A DNA stretch of 63,224 nt, the filler included, from Choristocarpus tenellus KU-1152 (lineage: Eukaryota; Protista; Phaeophyceae), in assembly GCA_964200185.2 (NCBI GenBank). It is 7 parts of 7 records of this genome, joined end to end, with 100 filler letters (N's around TTAATTAATTAA, not from the genome) between each part and the next. Parts side by side here need not be neighbours in the genome. Positions count along the whole stretch, not along the records: positions 1 to 5,990 come from CAXNAD020009226.1; positions 6,091 to 15,635 come from CAXNAD020003591.1; 5 more parts are not named here. The stretch is one strand, 5' to 3'. The position numbers and the translations under genes were made by a program. The notes under the pieces were generated by a model that searched no databases, was not told the DNA's origin, and was given only the letters and a program-made list of their open reading frames with translations. This document shows positions 1 through 11,363 of this stretch, piece by piece. Every line of letters begins with the position of its first letter. Positions within the stretch are counted from its first letter, which is position 1.

Positions 1-50
1 GATGTTCAACAGCGCCGTTTGGCGTTCGTATCAGTCCCGTGATTTCAACG

Positions 51-241
51 GCAAGATTGGTATCTGGGGGGGGGGGGGCGAGGGCGGGTGGTGATTGTAC
101 ATTCGAGGCCCATTTTTCCATGTTGCAATATTATTGGTGGTTTGGTTGCATGCGTCAGATGGATAATATAAGTTTGCTTCTCCTGGTCAGGGTCCGAATG
201 GACATCCTGGTGTAGTTCCCCCCCCCAAGATACTTTGGTCC
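51..241. mobile_element. Short TIR element, family B (G-run TIR), near-complete ~190-bp copy
   Basis: Left end GGTATCTGGGGGGGG... and right end ...CCCCCCCAAGATACTTTGGTCC are inverted. The right half (AATGGACATCCTGGTGTAGTTCCCC) matches the family-B end at 28738-28801. The left terminus is degenerate. Confidence 0.7.
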
Positions 242-1929
242 AGGAGTACAGAGTGGCGCGTGAAGGGTGAGGAGTACGAGGTCGACTTCGGTGTTGGCTC
301 AGAGTTGTACCGAGAGTAGTGGTACATGGAGCAGCTGTTGCCAGAGATTAAGGAAGAAATGTCGTGGCTGGAATCAGGGGGGGGGTTGTACAGCAGGATG
401 GCGCGACCCTGTGTATGGGCAAAGGCACAGTGCAGAAGCTGAATGCTGCTGCAGGGAGGGAGGGCAGATGGGAAATTAAGGTTGTGACATAGTCCGCACA
501 GTCATCGGATTTCAACATCAATGATTGGGGGGGGATTGCATTTATGAAGAGCAGGGTTTGGGTGGAGTGTTGCAGCACCAATGATGAGCTTGTAAAGGGG
601 GTTTCAAGCATGTTCCACGTGTACGATGCAGACACGCTCAAGACGATGTGGAAGTATGTTTTCGAGGTACAATGAGGTGTTAAGGGCATTAAGGGGGAGC
701 TACTTTGAGGCAGAGCACATGGGAACCAAAAAGGCAGTGGGAGGGCGAATTGGCTAGAGCAGTAAGAGTAGACTGAGTCGCCTACAATGTGGCACTGGAT
801 TGGTGGATTGATGGTATTGAGTAAAGGCAAGACTTTGTGATTTTATGTAGAATATTCCAAGAAATCCTATGCAATAATCGGTTTTGTAATCGGAGGTAAT
901 CTCGAAGAGCTACACCTTAACAGCACAGACTTATGGGGCAGAGGGATTAATAAGGATATAATTTAGACAGGAACACACTCTGGAAAATGTGTGTGTAGAT
1001 GGATTAGTTTATGAGGACTAGAATAATTTGTTTTCCCTAACCCTGAACATAGTTGGAGAGGAACAGGAGTGGTGACTTTTTTGTGCTAAGCAATAATGTC
1101 AGTACGTGTGTGATCACAAGGTAACATACAACTCTGACAATGAGGTTCTTTGACATGGTAGAGGTAGACTGTGGTGAGGGGAAGTTACAGTTGTACTGAG
1201 GCCAGCATAGCACCGTTATGGTACAGTGAATGATTATAATTGTGAGTTTCGTTTTTGTGGAGATGTGTTTGACCTTTGCTTGCTTGTATATAATGTTACT
1301 CTTTTATGTGGGTGCTTCTCGTTTTTGAAGTAATTTACATGAGGAGTTGTATAGAGGCGTTTTGTCTTTGTGCTGTGAACAAAGCCGTGTTTCAAGCACC
1401 TTTTTCTTTTTCTGAAGATCCATACTTTAAAAAACTGGACTGGGTTCAGTTATCAGGTATGGGGCTGGGTTTGTAAGAATACTTCCCACTTCAAAAAAGC
1501 ATTTATTAAGCACAATTGTTTCGGTATGATGAAGCTCTATGCTTAGAATCAGCGTTGATTATGCACTCTGTGTCACAAGATGCATAGGCCCCTCATCAAC
1601 ATGGAGCTCAAGAATGTTCCTAATTCTGGGTCACCACCAAAATGTGATCTTGCAAGCGTCTGATTATCTCCTGAAACAAAGCTGTGGTGTGGGAATCCGT
1701 ACTCCTCTTGGTTTCAGTGTTGTACCTCTATTGCAAGGCGTCCACCTCTGAGAATGGTGTAACCGTATCGATCTTTACGAATCCCGACTGTTGACAGTGC
1801 AGAGCAAGTCTTCTGCAGGGTCCCCTTGAGACCCATGAAATCCTTCCACATGTGATACCTTTTCCTCCTGTTTCTCATCTTGAATGTTCCTCCTTCCCCA
1901 CTCCCATTATGCCAACTCTCCGTGCATAG

Positions 1930-4900
1930 GGAGCCATAGCCAACGAGATTTCGGAGCTTTGTTCAGCTTATCGGAGGCGTCGGTTCTACTTACGGGATCA
2001 ATGGAACTATTTTGATCTGTCTATGCTTACGATGGTCTTTGTCTCCTTCATCCTCCGCATGGTGTCCCTTGAAGGGACCTTGAGTGGCCAAAACATGTGG
2101 CATTTGTTCAACTGGTCGCGAATACTGTTGTCGTTTTCTGCACCTCTTCTTCTGACACGTGCTCTGTGGTTTGCTCAGATCAGCCTCCATCTTGGACCAA
2201 CAGTGCAGGCAAGGTTGTCCACGTCCTTGCCTGGCAGGGGCGTGTTGCCATGACCTCCGAGGCCTTGCATTTGCTGTTGTTGATTCTAAAGTATTGAGAA
2301 TGCCTTGTAGAGGTACATAATGGCACGGACTACAAGGCAGATTGCTGCTATACATGTTCAGATTGTAGACAAAAGGAACGGTTATTAGTTCAGGTCCTCA
2401 ATGTTCCTACTTGATTGAATTGTCGCTGGTGGAGTGTTTTTTTTTTTAATGTTATTCTCTGGTATTTGCAGATCCTAGTTGTTCTATTAAATCCTTCTAC
2501 CTGCCGCTGAACTATCCCTTCTTTCATCTCTTTTATGAAGTCTTAAGCAAAAGTATGCGCTATTCCAAGGATTTGCTGTTGGGTGCAACCTCTTGTACCT
2601 TGGTCCCTCGAAATCTGGAGGCCTTCGGTGTCAATGGGCAGACAGTCCTTGCGTGTTAGAAAGTTCCGGAGAGGTTATTTGTGTGTTTGTGAGTGTCTTT
2701 GCCCGCGCTGGTTATTCAGTTTGTCCTTTGTTGTTCGAGAGCAGGTGTTCTTCAAGATGATTGTGGAGCTCGTCCGATTTGCCGTTATCCTGGTTGTGGT
2801 GATGATTGGATTTGCCATGGCGTTCTACGCCCTGTTCAGTGAGAAGGTGAGGACTTCTGGTGGCAACAGGGGATCCCTCGTCTTCGAGGCAACAAGCTTC
2901 ACAGCACCGCCGCCCTTATTCGACACATCTGCTCCAACAAGTTCCCCGACATCAACTCCTACTTTCAGCCCATTGTTCTTCATCTCGCCAGCTCCAGTGA
3001 CCCCAGCGCCCTCGCAGCAGAGGACACCGGGTCCCAGTGCACTGCGGTTTACCCCGAGTCCTGTAGCTGTGCTGCAGCCCGAGGAGATTGATCATATTGC
3101 CCAGGATGTTGCTGCAGAGGTGGAAGAAGCACTGAAGGAATCTGAAACCCAGCTCTTTTATGAGGGGTTCAAGGATTACAAGTCTTCTGCGCTCACCACC
3201 TTCAAGGCCCTGGTCGGTTCGTTCAACTTTGACGACTTCGAGGATGTTAAGTATGGTGGAGCTGGCGTGTTCCTGCTGGTTGTGTACCTGCTTGTCATCA
3301 CAATCACGTGAGGCCCGTTTGTAGTTGAGGATTATGGCTGGGGCTGCAGAGGCACCTGGAGGCTATAGATGAGCCATGCCAAGGATTGTGGGGTAGTTGT
3401 CATGATGCATTGATCGACTGCTTTTTGTCATCAAGTATGACTCCTTCCTTCAGAAAGAAGTAAAAGAAGATGAGAGACTGGTCGTCCTCTATTTCTTGGG
3501 CTATCGTTCCTGTTTGTTTTTTTGGTTTCTTATTTCTAAGAGTAATTTGTCAACAATGGACTGTACTCTCTTTCAGTCAATAGGACGACTTCAGTTTGTA
3601 TCCTCGTATGGCTCCTCAGTCTCGAGGAATCACTCCTTCATAAATCCTTGACGGTCTTGCTAGAGGTGGAGGTGTTGGCTATTTTGGAATGCCTAGGATG
3701 GAGTGGAGAAATGCATTTGACAACCACTTCCTTGGGTTTTGACTTGAGGAACTAACAGTTTTCCACTGCCTGTCTCTCTCCTGATTTTTAATATATACTT
3801 CTACTGCTGCTTCTTTCAATAGGCTCCTGAATCTCCTGATTGCAGTCTTCAGTACAGCACATGCCAACGTGACGATGAAGTATGTTGAGGAGTACCACCA
3901 CACCAAGGCATTCATTACGAAGACCTGTGAGTTCATGATAGGGCCAAGGCCTGGTTGGAACTACAGTACTCCTTGAGGTCGTGAGCTGACCCTAGAACTG
4001 CCCTCAGATGCTTGCACCTATTTTGTTACACCTCACAGTGTGTCTCCTTTAAATTTTGTGGCACTACCAAGTACCAGAGTACTGAGGGCATACATTGAGC
4101 TCTACAAAAACGATATCCAACAAGACTTACACTGTATTTGAATTCTTAAAAAAACCCAACTAGTCTGTATGTCCCTGGTTTATGGTTTGCACTACTGCTC
4201 TAATGAGCATTGTGATACTGCCCCCTACTATTCATTCCTCCCACTTCACTCTTTGGCAGTGGCCGAGCGCGTTGATGAAGGCTATGCCCCAGAACCTTTC
4301 AATCTCTTGGTATTACTCATCATAATGGTATGGTTCATGGTGCAAAGATGTTGTCCTTGTCTGAGCCAGAGGCAGACTCCAGTGAAGGATGTCTCCAACA
4401 CGGGCATGAGAGAGGGCGCCAGTGATGTAAATGCCCAGCTTCCTTTGCAAACCATCTCACCATCCAAGAGGACCAATGTATGGAAGATCACATGTGATCA
4501 GATGGCTGTCGTTGCCCTATGCCTCATCATTGGCCCTCCCAGTCTGTTGGGGACATCTCTCCTGTGGCTCATTAGTACAGTGTGGTACCTACCCTTCAAC
4601 CTCTTCGAGACAGTGTTCACCAGGGACCCCCTCAAGAGATCCAACTGGTACCAAGCTAAGAATGCGTTTTGGGGGCTGGTGTTGTCCTTGAGTGTATGCC
4701 CATTCCTGTTTGCCATGTCGATGGTTCGAGTGGTTGCAAGCTCGTGGCCTCGAATTAGACCTCCAATCCTAGGACATGACCAGTTATCTACTGAGAGGCC
4801 TTGTGCCGACATGAGGAACCACTTCAAGGCGAAATCCATGGGTGAGACTGTGTCTGCCCAGAATATCCGCAGGAACATGGTTAGAACAGCATCTACTCAG

Positions 4901-5538
4901 GTGAGAGAGGACCTGAAAATGTTCTAGATTCGTATATAATATATATATATATATATATTAGTATTAGTATATAATTTCCTGCGAAAATAGATGAGCGGGC
5001 AATAAACGGTAAATCCGAGTTTTTTTCTTTTGTCTTCCGATTGATGACTGCGAACTTTCAAAGTAATAAGTGCTTGACCCAATTCTGCACAGTTGCCGAT
5101 GTTTGTGCAAAGGTCATGCTATTGAATATGCTATGTATGGTGTTTGCCATGTCTTGCGCCACTGATTGTATAGGCGGGTCCGTATGTGAAGCGATCACGT
5201 AAGGTTGCAGTCTTGCGTTTTATATTTGAGTTATTCGCTCTGTTTCCTTATCTGTATGCCAGATCAAAATCGTAAGTAGGACACCTTGTTGAGCTTCATC
5301 TTCCGTTGTATGCTGTAACCTAGGCCTAGTCTTTGCTGTCTAGTGTGACATGCCCATCTCGTGCTGCCTTGTTGAACGTTTTTCTGATTGTATAATACTC
5401 TCTCCGCCTCAGGCTAATGAAAACATAATGAGCACACAAGGGTTGGTCGTCAGCAATGCGGTTGAGATTGCAGACATGAAAAAGCTCTTGGTGAAAAACC
5501 TACGAAGGCTCCCGTCGGAAAGAAGTCCATTTGACTGA
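1930..5538 (+). CDS. TRP-type 6-TM cation channel, 3' part (5' exons not identified); exons 1930-2208, 2745-3307, 3823-3926, 4260-4900, 5413-5538
   Basis: The spliced translation gives typical TRP motifs in order: YLRDQWNYFD (S2-S3), LGPTVQ|VFFKMIVELVRF (S4-S5 linker), GFAMAFYALF (S5), pore helix SSALTTFKALVG, ITIT|LLNLLIAVFS (S6) and APEPFNLL (TRP box 2-like). All splice phases are compatible; the first intron needs a GC donor. Confidence 0.88.
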
Positions 5539-5921
5539 TTGTGCATTTGAATGCCTAGTTGATTGTGGCGTGTTTGTGACCCCCTCAGGAAATGCTCAGG
5601 TATCTATCTCATCAATAGGAGGGATTGTACCCTAATTCTTCTGTTGTGCGTTACACATTTCTACAGCTTGTAACTAGTCAGGTGTATATTTTAGTCTGGA
5701 AACTTAGTTCAATTTGTAAGACTTGCTGCATGTGTTGTTTTTCAGGCACCCTGTTTTGAAGTTTATTGTAACTCAAACTTGTTGGAAGTCATGACAGGTT
5801 TTAGAGCTTGAGATCTCCATAGTAGTTGTGCTTTCTGTTTGGTGGTGGAATATGGGGCAATTCTCAATAAGATTCTCCATCCCCAACATATCTGTGCTTC
5901 TTTTGATTGCTGTGAGAGAAA

Positions 5922-5990
5922 GACTCAAAGTATCTGGGGGGGGTGGCGGCTGTCCATTTGGGGTCAATTTTTCATGTCGCGATTTTTGGG
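5922..5990 (+). mobile_element. Family B TIR element end, truncated by contig break
   Basis: GACTCAAAGTATCTGGGGGGGGTGGCGGCTGTCCATTTGGGG, near-identical to the reverse complement of 21623-21664. Confidence 0.8.
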
Positions 5991-6090
5991 NNNNNNNNNN
6001 NNNNNNNNNNNNNNNNNNNNNNNNNNNNNNNNNNTTAATTAATTAANNNNNNNNNNNNNNNNNNNNNNNNNNNNNNNNNNNNNNNNNNNN
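5991..6090. other. Artificial contig spacer
   Basis: 100 nt: N-run, TTAATTAATTAA (stops in all six frames), N-run; the same design occurs at six places. Confidence 0.97.
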
Positions 6091-6129
6091 AATCGGACGC
6101 CGGCACCCCCCCCCCAGATACTTTGACCC
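6091..6129 (-). mobile_element. Family B TIR element end at contig start
   Basis: Reverse complement reads GGGTCAAAGTATCTGGGGGGGGGGTGCCGGCGTCCGATT. Confidence 0.8.
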
Positions 6130-6926
6130 ACTCACATTGTGGGATACTCTCTCAGGCATTACGAAAAGTAAGCTGACACACTGACACACAATATTATGAC
6201 ATTTTGGTATGAACAGAATATCCTTCCAAGAACAAGGCAAGGTCTTCAATCAACACTAGTGTGGATACATAGATCAGTTCAATACTTGAATACTCTGCAT
6301 CGACATAATCAGTTTTGCAAAATAGGGTGAGGGGCAGATATGGGAAGGTGGCAGCATGGATAATCAAGACCAGACTTTGGATTAATACAGATGTTTTCAG
6401 TACTACACTGGATATTGCAAATATACTGTGCATTTTCGTTCCATTGCAAGCCCTTCAATTAAAGTGCTATTTTTTCACTCCATAGGAACATAAAAAACTA
6501 TGGCATATCACTACCAGGAACCAATCTATTTCTTTATCTAAACCGCAGTATACTCTAGTCTGAAACAGAAGGATGCCCAAAAAGCTTCTAGGTGTGTTAA
6601 GTATTCGTCCCCTCTATTCCCTTCTCCTCCACCAACCACCTTCTGCTGCATCCCCGACCTGCTTCAACATTGTGCTGGCCTGACAATGGGCAGTTTGACC
6701 GTTGCCACCAGCAGGATCCTATTGAATACGTGGGGTTTATTATCAACCAAACCGGCGGTGTTGAACCTGAGGCGATTTGGGGAAGAGATGGGGGGATTGT
6801 CAACTGGGTTCGGGGGCATGACTTGGGGTGCACGAGATCAGGGCTCAGAGATACAAGTAGTCTCTGTTTCATTTCCCGCCTTCCACGGTATAAAGTGCCA
6901 AATGCCAAGACACACCCATGCTAATT

Positions 6927-7185
6927 GAGTCAAAGTATCTTAGAGGGTAGGGCCGCGTCCATTCGGGGGCCGAAATCCAATGTTGCGATTTCCATGTAAT
7001 TTTATCCGTCGTATTTGCTAGGAAGTGTCAGTATCCTTGTTCCGGACACACCATTTCATAACATACACGTCTTACCTACTCCGAAACATTTCAGAGTAGG
7101 AAAAATATCACAAAAACCCCATGGGAAGTCAAGCCCCAAATGGACAAACAGGGCAAAACTCGTACCCTCTAAGATACTTTCACTC
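6927..7185 (+). mobile_element. MITE family A copy 1 (259 bp)
   Basis: TIRs GAGTCAAAGTATCTTAGAGGGTA ... TACCCTCTAAGATACTTTCACTC; internal sequence aligns with 8 other copies; flanks ATT/GAT do not form a TSD. Confidence 0.93.
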
Positions 7186-7218
7186 GATCAACATGAGCAC
7201 AACCTACTAGTGGTGAAA

Positions 7219-7474
7219 GAGCCAAAGTATCTTAGAGGGTAGAGCCACGTCCATTTGGGACCCAAAATCCAATGTTGCAATTTATATGTAATTTTGGCTA
7301 TCATGTTTGTTAGGAGATGTCAATGTCCTTGTTCCGGACACACCTTTTCATAACGTATACATTTTACCAACTTCGAAACATTTTGGAGTAGGTGAAATGT
7401 CATTAAAAACCCGTGGGAAGCCAAACCCCAAATGGACGAACAGGGAAAAACTCGTACCTAAGATACTTTCACTC
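7219..7474 (+). mobile_element. MITE family A copy 2
   Basis: Same TIRs and body, 33 bp downstream of copy 1; flanks AAA/GAA. Confidence 0.93.
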
Positions 7475-8167
7475 GAAACACACTCGTGTCATTTTGTAGT
7501 ATTGAATACCCACTTACAGTTTGCAGAAGATGTTTTAGGGGAGAAAAAGGCGGAGCACAACAAATACAAAAAAATTGGTCCAATACTATCAAGAGTAGTG
7601 TATGTAAATGTGTGCTACTGCCCCATCGATGTTGTATTGCCTATAGTGGTATCAATGGGTTATGCCTCTGGGGTTGTTCCATCATAACGTTTGATGTAGA
7701 CATCGGTCATAAAAAACTAAATGCATATTCGTGATGCCCCTTACAAGGCCCTCCAGAGTAGGGGTTTCGGTTTTTCGATTTTTTTGTTTGTTTTGAAGAA
7801 GGAGCGCGCTCCTATTAGGGTTCGAACCCGAGATTGTAGGTCACCAAGAGTGGCAACAGATGATGTACTATTACTTGATTAAAGTATACTTGGGTAGGCG
7901 GAAAAAAACACCAGCCAAACGAACGACCAGGGAATGAATGCAAATGCAAATGTAACTCTTGTCGACATCTGCCACCAGGAATTCCGAATGTGCTCGGCGC
8001 CTATGAGACTTGTACTCTTGTACTCCTTGTTGGCTTCCACTCCCGTGGCAGCCATTGACGATCGTGTAGTAGACAAGATGGTGCGTGTATGCCTTCTTGC
8101 AGTACTTCTACACGAGCCAAATAGCCTGCCTATCCTCAACTGGTTTCAAGCTCAAAGTAACGTTTTA

Positions 8168-9940
8168 TTAGAGTCCGTACAAAGAATAGGTACAATGCTG
8201 TCGTAGCCAGTGCTTTACTCGACCCCAAAGGAGCTCAATGGGGTTGAGCTCACAGTAATACTTTGGGAGGATTTGACATACCCCTCTGTACCGCTTGACA
8301 AGAAGCTGAAGACTAGGAACTACCTCGTTGAAGTCCCTTTGCTCTCCAAGCACATGCAACATACTGTTGCTTAGGTTATGTTTCTCTCCCTTCCCCCCGT
8401 CCTTCGTCATTCCCGTTTCTAACGGCCCCCTTTCCACAAAAATTATCGAATGAATGCAGGCAGGGAGAAAACCTTAATCAACTTTATTCCTCCAACCCGA
8501 AGTCCAGGAACAAAAGCGGATGAACGGCATCTTGCAAGAAGTGGGAGACAACAAGCCACCGGTGTGAAAATAGTCTCAATCTCACATCCTCTCCTTCCCT
8601 GGCATCCTCATCGATGACTACCTCCACCTGCTTCACAACCTCTTCTAAGTAAAGAATTTGGTGGTAGCAAAAAGTCTCCGAAGCTGCTTTTGTCACGATC
8701 GCTTTCTCCTCCGCTTTGCGAGCCCTTTCGACCTTCTTTCGGGCTTCAGAACCCTCGTACCCTAACCCTAACACATTTTTTCTCGTTTCCTTAAGCCACT
8801 CCGGCTTGAATAGCTTCCAAACAGCCAGGGCCTGCTGCAACTGTCGACTACTAAGATATTCTACACCCAGGATTTCGCTTAGGTGTTTCTAGAGCACAAT
8901 GGCACGCAGTCGCACTGTTCTCCTCCCCAACCTTCCCCTCGGCCGGCCACCCTGATTCTCCCTTCGCTGTGACAAGGCTTCCCCACAGACTTCGTCCCGG
9001 TACGACCTGGAGATAGATTTGATGCTCTCTTCCTGCTTTCCCGCTGCGGCAGAGACTGTGGAGCACTGCTCTGCAGTGGTTGAAGATCCAATCACGTTTT
9101 TGTGGTAATGCTTTCCATGTATCTTCTCTCAGCGTCAGTGTTGCGGCCGCGTGGTCCATTGCGCGATTTGATCATGCTGCTGCGCCACAGTACACACTTT
9201 CTCGTCACCTAACATTGCACTGAGTGTCCAAGAGTATTTGTATTTCTTTCGCCTCTCGAGAGAGAAGGTGCGATGGGTCTACCTAGATCCAGGGGGCAGA
9301 GTGGCCTCGGCGTCTCTCCTTGTCTCACCGTCATGGTTCATATTGCTGTGTGGGTCACGTGTGTGTGTGCTCACAGCCTGTCTGCAAATGGGGCTAAAAG
9401 GATGTCCGCAAATCCTCTTCTTTTTTTCGGTATTGCCACACGCGCCATACTTGGGCAGCGGCCTAAGAGTCAGAGTATTTTAGAAGGTAGAGCCGCATCT
9501 GTTTGGGGTCCAAAATCCAATGTTACTATTTTTATTAAATTTTGGCTATCGTGTTTGCTAGGGAGTGTCAATATCCTGGTTCCGGACACACCTTTTCATA
9601 ACGTATACATTGGCCTACTCCGAAACATTTTGGAGTAGGCAAAATGTAAGAAAAACAACACCAGAAGCCAAGCCTCCAACGGACAAAAAGGGCAAAAGTC
9701 GTATCCTCTAAGATACTTTCACTCTAACCCTAATCATTTTTTTGCGCAGAGTTCAGCCACCGCTTCATTCTTGTACCTTTTGAAGTTGTGACCATCAAAA
9801 TTGCGCAGGAGATGTTCCTCCGCGTTTTTGCCATGATTTTATCGAGGCATAGCTCCTGTTCACCGAAGGTTGCACATTCATGGATACACACCTTCAAAAG
9901 TTCTTGTCATAAGCTTTCATTTGATATATATATTGTTGTA
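8168..9940 (-). mobile_element. Decayed IS630/Tc1/mariner-superfamily (DDE_3-like) transposon, copy 1, interrupted by MITE A3
   Basis: ORF 8168-8437 contains LGEQRDF...CQILPKYYCELNPIELLWGRVKHWLRQHCTYS, the PxxxxELNPIExxW third-catalytic-residue motif. Region 8527-9940 aligns with a second copy at 33304-34435. It has frameshifts, and most of the catalytic core appears deleted. Confidence 0.75.
9467..9724 (+). mobile_element. MITE family A copy 3, TSD TAA
   Basis: cc-TAA|GAGTC...CACTC|TAA-ccc; absent from the homologous position of the 33.3-34.4 kb copy of the host element. Confidence 0.92.
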
Positions 9941-10803
9941 CTACTACCTCCGTGCCATAAGTCTGTTCCACGTTATCCATAACCTCTGAAGATGTTCATG
10001 AAATTCATTTTTAAAATAAGATTTGGAATCCTTGACGAATTATTAGTTAGGGTCAGCTCTTTTTTATTATTATTATTCCCATCTACCACAATTTTATCAG
10101 CAACAGAAAAAGCCTCCGTGTCTACCTTCTGCGTGTTTTGAAGCTCACCAGGCAAATGCCTCTTCCTTACCCCTCTGTGCTCCAAACTCAAGTCATTCCC
10201 CCCTTTGCATCCAAGTACTTGGTTGTACACCACAAAAAGGAGCTTCCAAGCCCTCTCAAGTTTGATTTCATCATACTCCTCATACTATTTCTTAATGGAC
10301 TTCACCATCTCCTCGATGAACCCAAACCGCTCCCCCATCTCCCGACATTTCAAAGACCTGAAGAAGCACGGGCCCATGATATTGAGGTCGGAGGAGTTAG
10401 ATGGCTGCATCACAATCCTAATCGACCACCCCTCAGTCTTACCTGCCTCTGACAAGATTTCTGAGTTGCCCTTGCCCGTCAGGGGGTGGCACCGTCTTGC
10501 TGAACTACAACGTGCTTCCCCTGCAACCAAGGCATCTCAGTCTTGATTGCAGGCAGTAACTCCTCCGTGTGCCATTCCCCGTACCACAAATCGTCTATAG
10601 TACTGTCCTGCACGCACACACACACCTTTTTATGGTTCTTGCTTGTCCTGTCTGCCGTTTTTGGCGCACACACACACCAAACACCGAGCTTTCCATCAAA
10701 GCTGTGAGCCGAACCTGGGCGGGCGTTGGTTGCAATGATCACGGTTTGGGGGATATGACTCTTGTGCTGCACAGTAGGGGACCCTGGAAGGCTATTTTCT
10801 TCA

Positions 10804-11062
10804 GAGTCAAAATACCTTAGAGGGTAGAGCACCGTCGATTCGGGGTCCAAAGTCCGATGTTGTGATTTTGATATAATTTTGGCTATCATATTTGTTAGGA
10901 AGTGTCAATATCCTTCCTGTGAACACACCTTTTCATAATATACACATTTTACTTACTCCTAAACATTTTGGAGTAGGCAAATGTCATAAGAGAACCCATG
11001 GGAAGCCAAGCCCCAAATGGACAAACAGGCCAAAACCCGTACCCTCTAAGATACTTTCAGTT
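10804..11062 (+). mobile_element. MITE family A copy 4, TSD TCA
   Basis: TCA|GAGTC...CAGTT|TCA; the empty site (single TCA) is seen in the mariner copy at ~25225-25245 on the opposite strand. Confidence 0.93.
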
Positions 11063-11101
11063 TCATGTGGAAATACCCCTAACCCTTTCCCCATCAGCCA
11101 T

Positions 11102-11363
11102 GAGTAAAAGTATCTTAGAGGGTATGAGTTTCTACGTGATTTTCCAATTGGGGCTTGGCTTCCCACAGGTTTTTAATGACATTTTATCTACTCCAAAATG
11201 TTTCGGAGTAGGTAAAATGTATACGTTATGAAAAGGTGTGTCCGGAACAAGCATATTAACATTATTTCCTAACAAACATGATAGCTGAAATTTCAGCAAA
11301 ATTGCAACATTGAATTTTGTCCCCCAAATGGACGCGGCTCTACCCTCTAAGATACTTTGACTC
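11102..11363 (-). mobile_element. MITE family A copy 5, TSD CAT
   Basis: CAT|GAGTA...GACTC|CAT; empty site (single CAT) in the mariner copy at ~25195-25210. Confidence 0.93.

Noticed and set aside
242-1300. Minus-strand ORF 348-830 and purine-skewed region as a gene or LINE endonuclease
   Set aside because: Only faint motif hints (HIVGD); too decayed to call.
6035-6046. Recurrent palindromic TTAATTAATTAA motif between N-runs
   Set aside because: Identical 100-nt construct at six places with stops in all frames: an assembly concatenation linker, not biology.
5922-6129. Family B ends on both sides of one gap forming a single element
   Set aside because: Outer flanks (AAA vs ACT) give no TSD and the spacer is artificial, so the join cannot be trusted.
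7015-7687. Family of short ORFs starting MLGSV... (also 10892, 12888, 22269, 31543)
   Set aside because: These are translations of the non-coding MITE, with non-ATG starts and frames that differ between copies.
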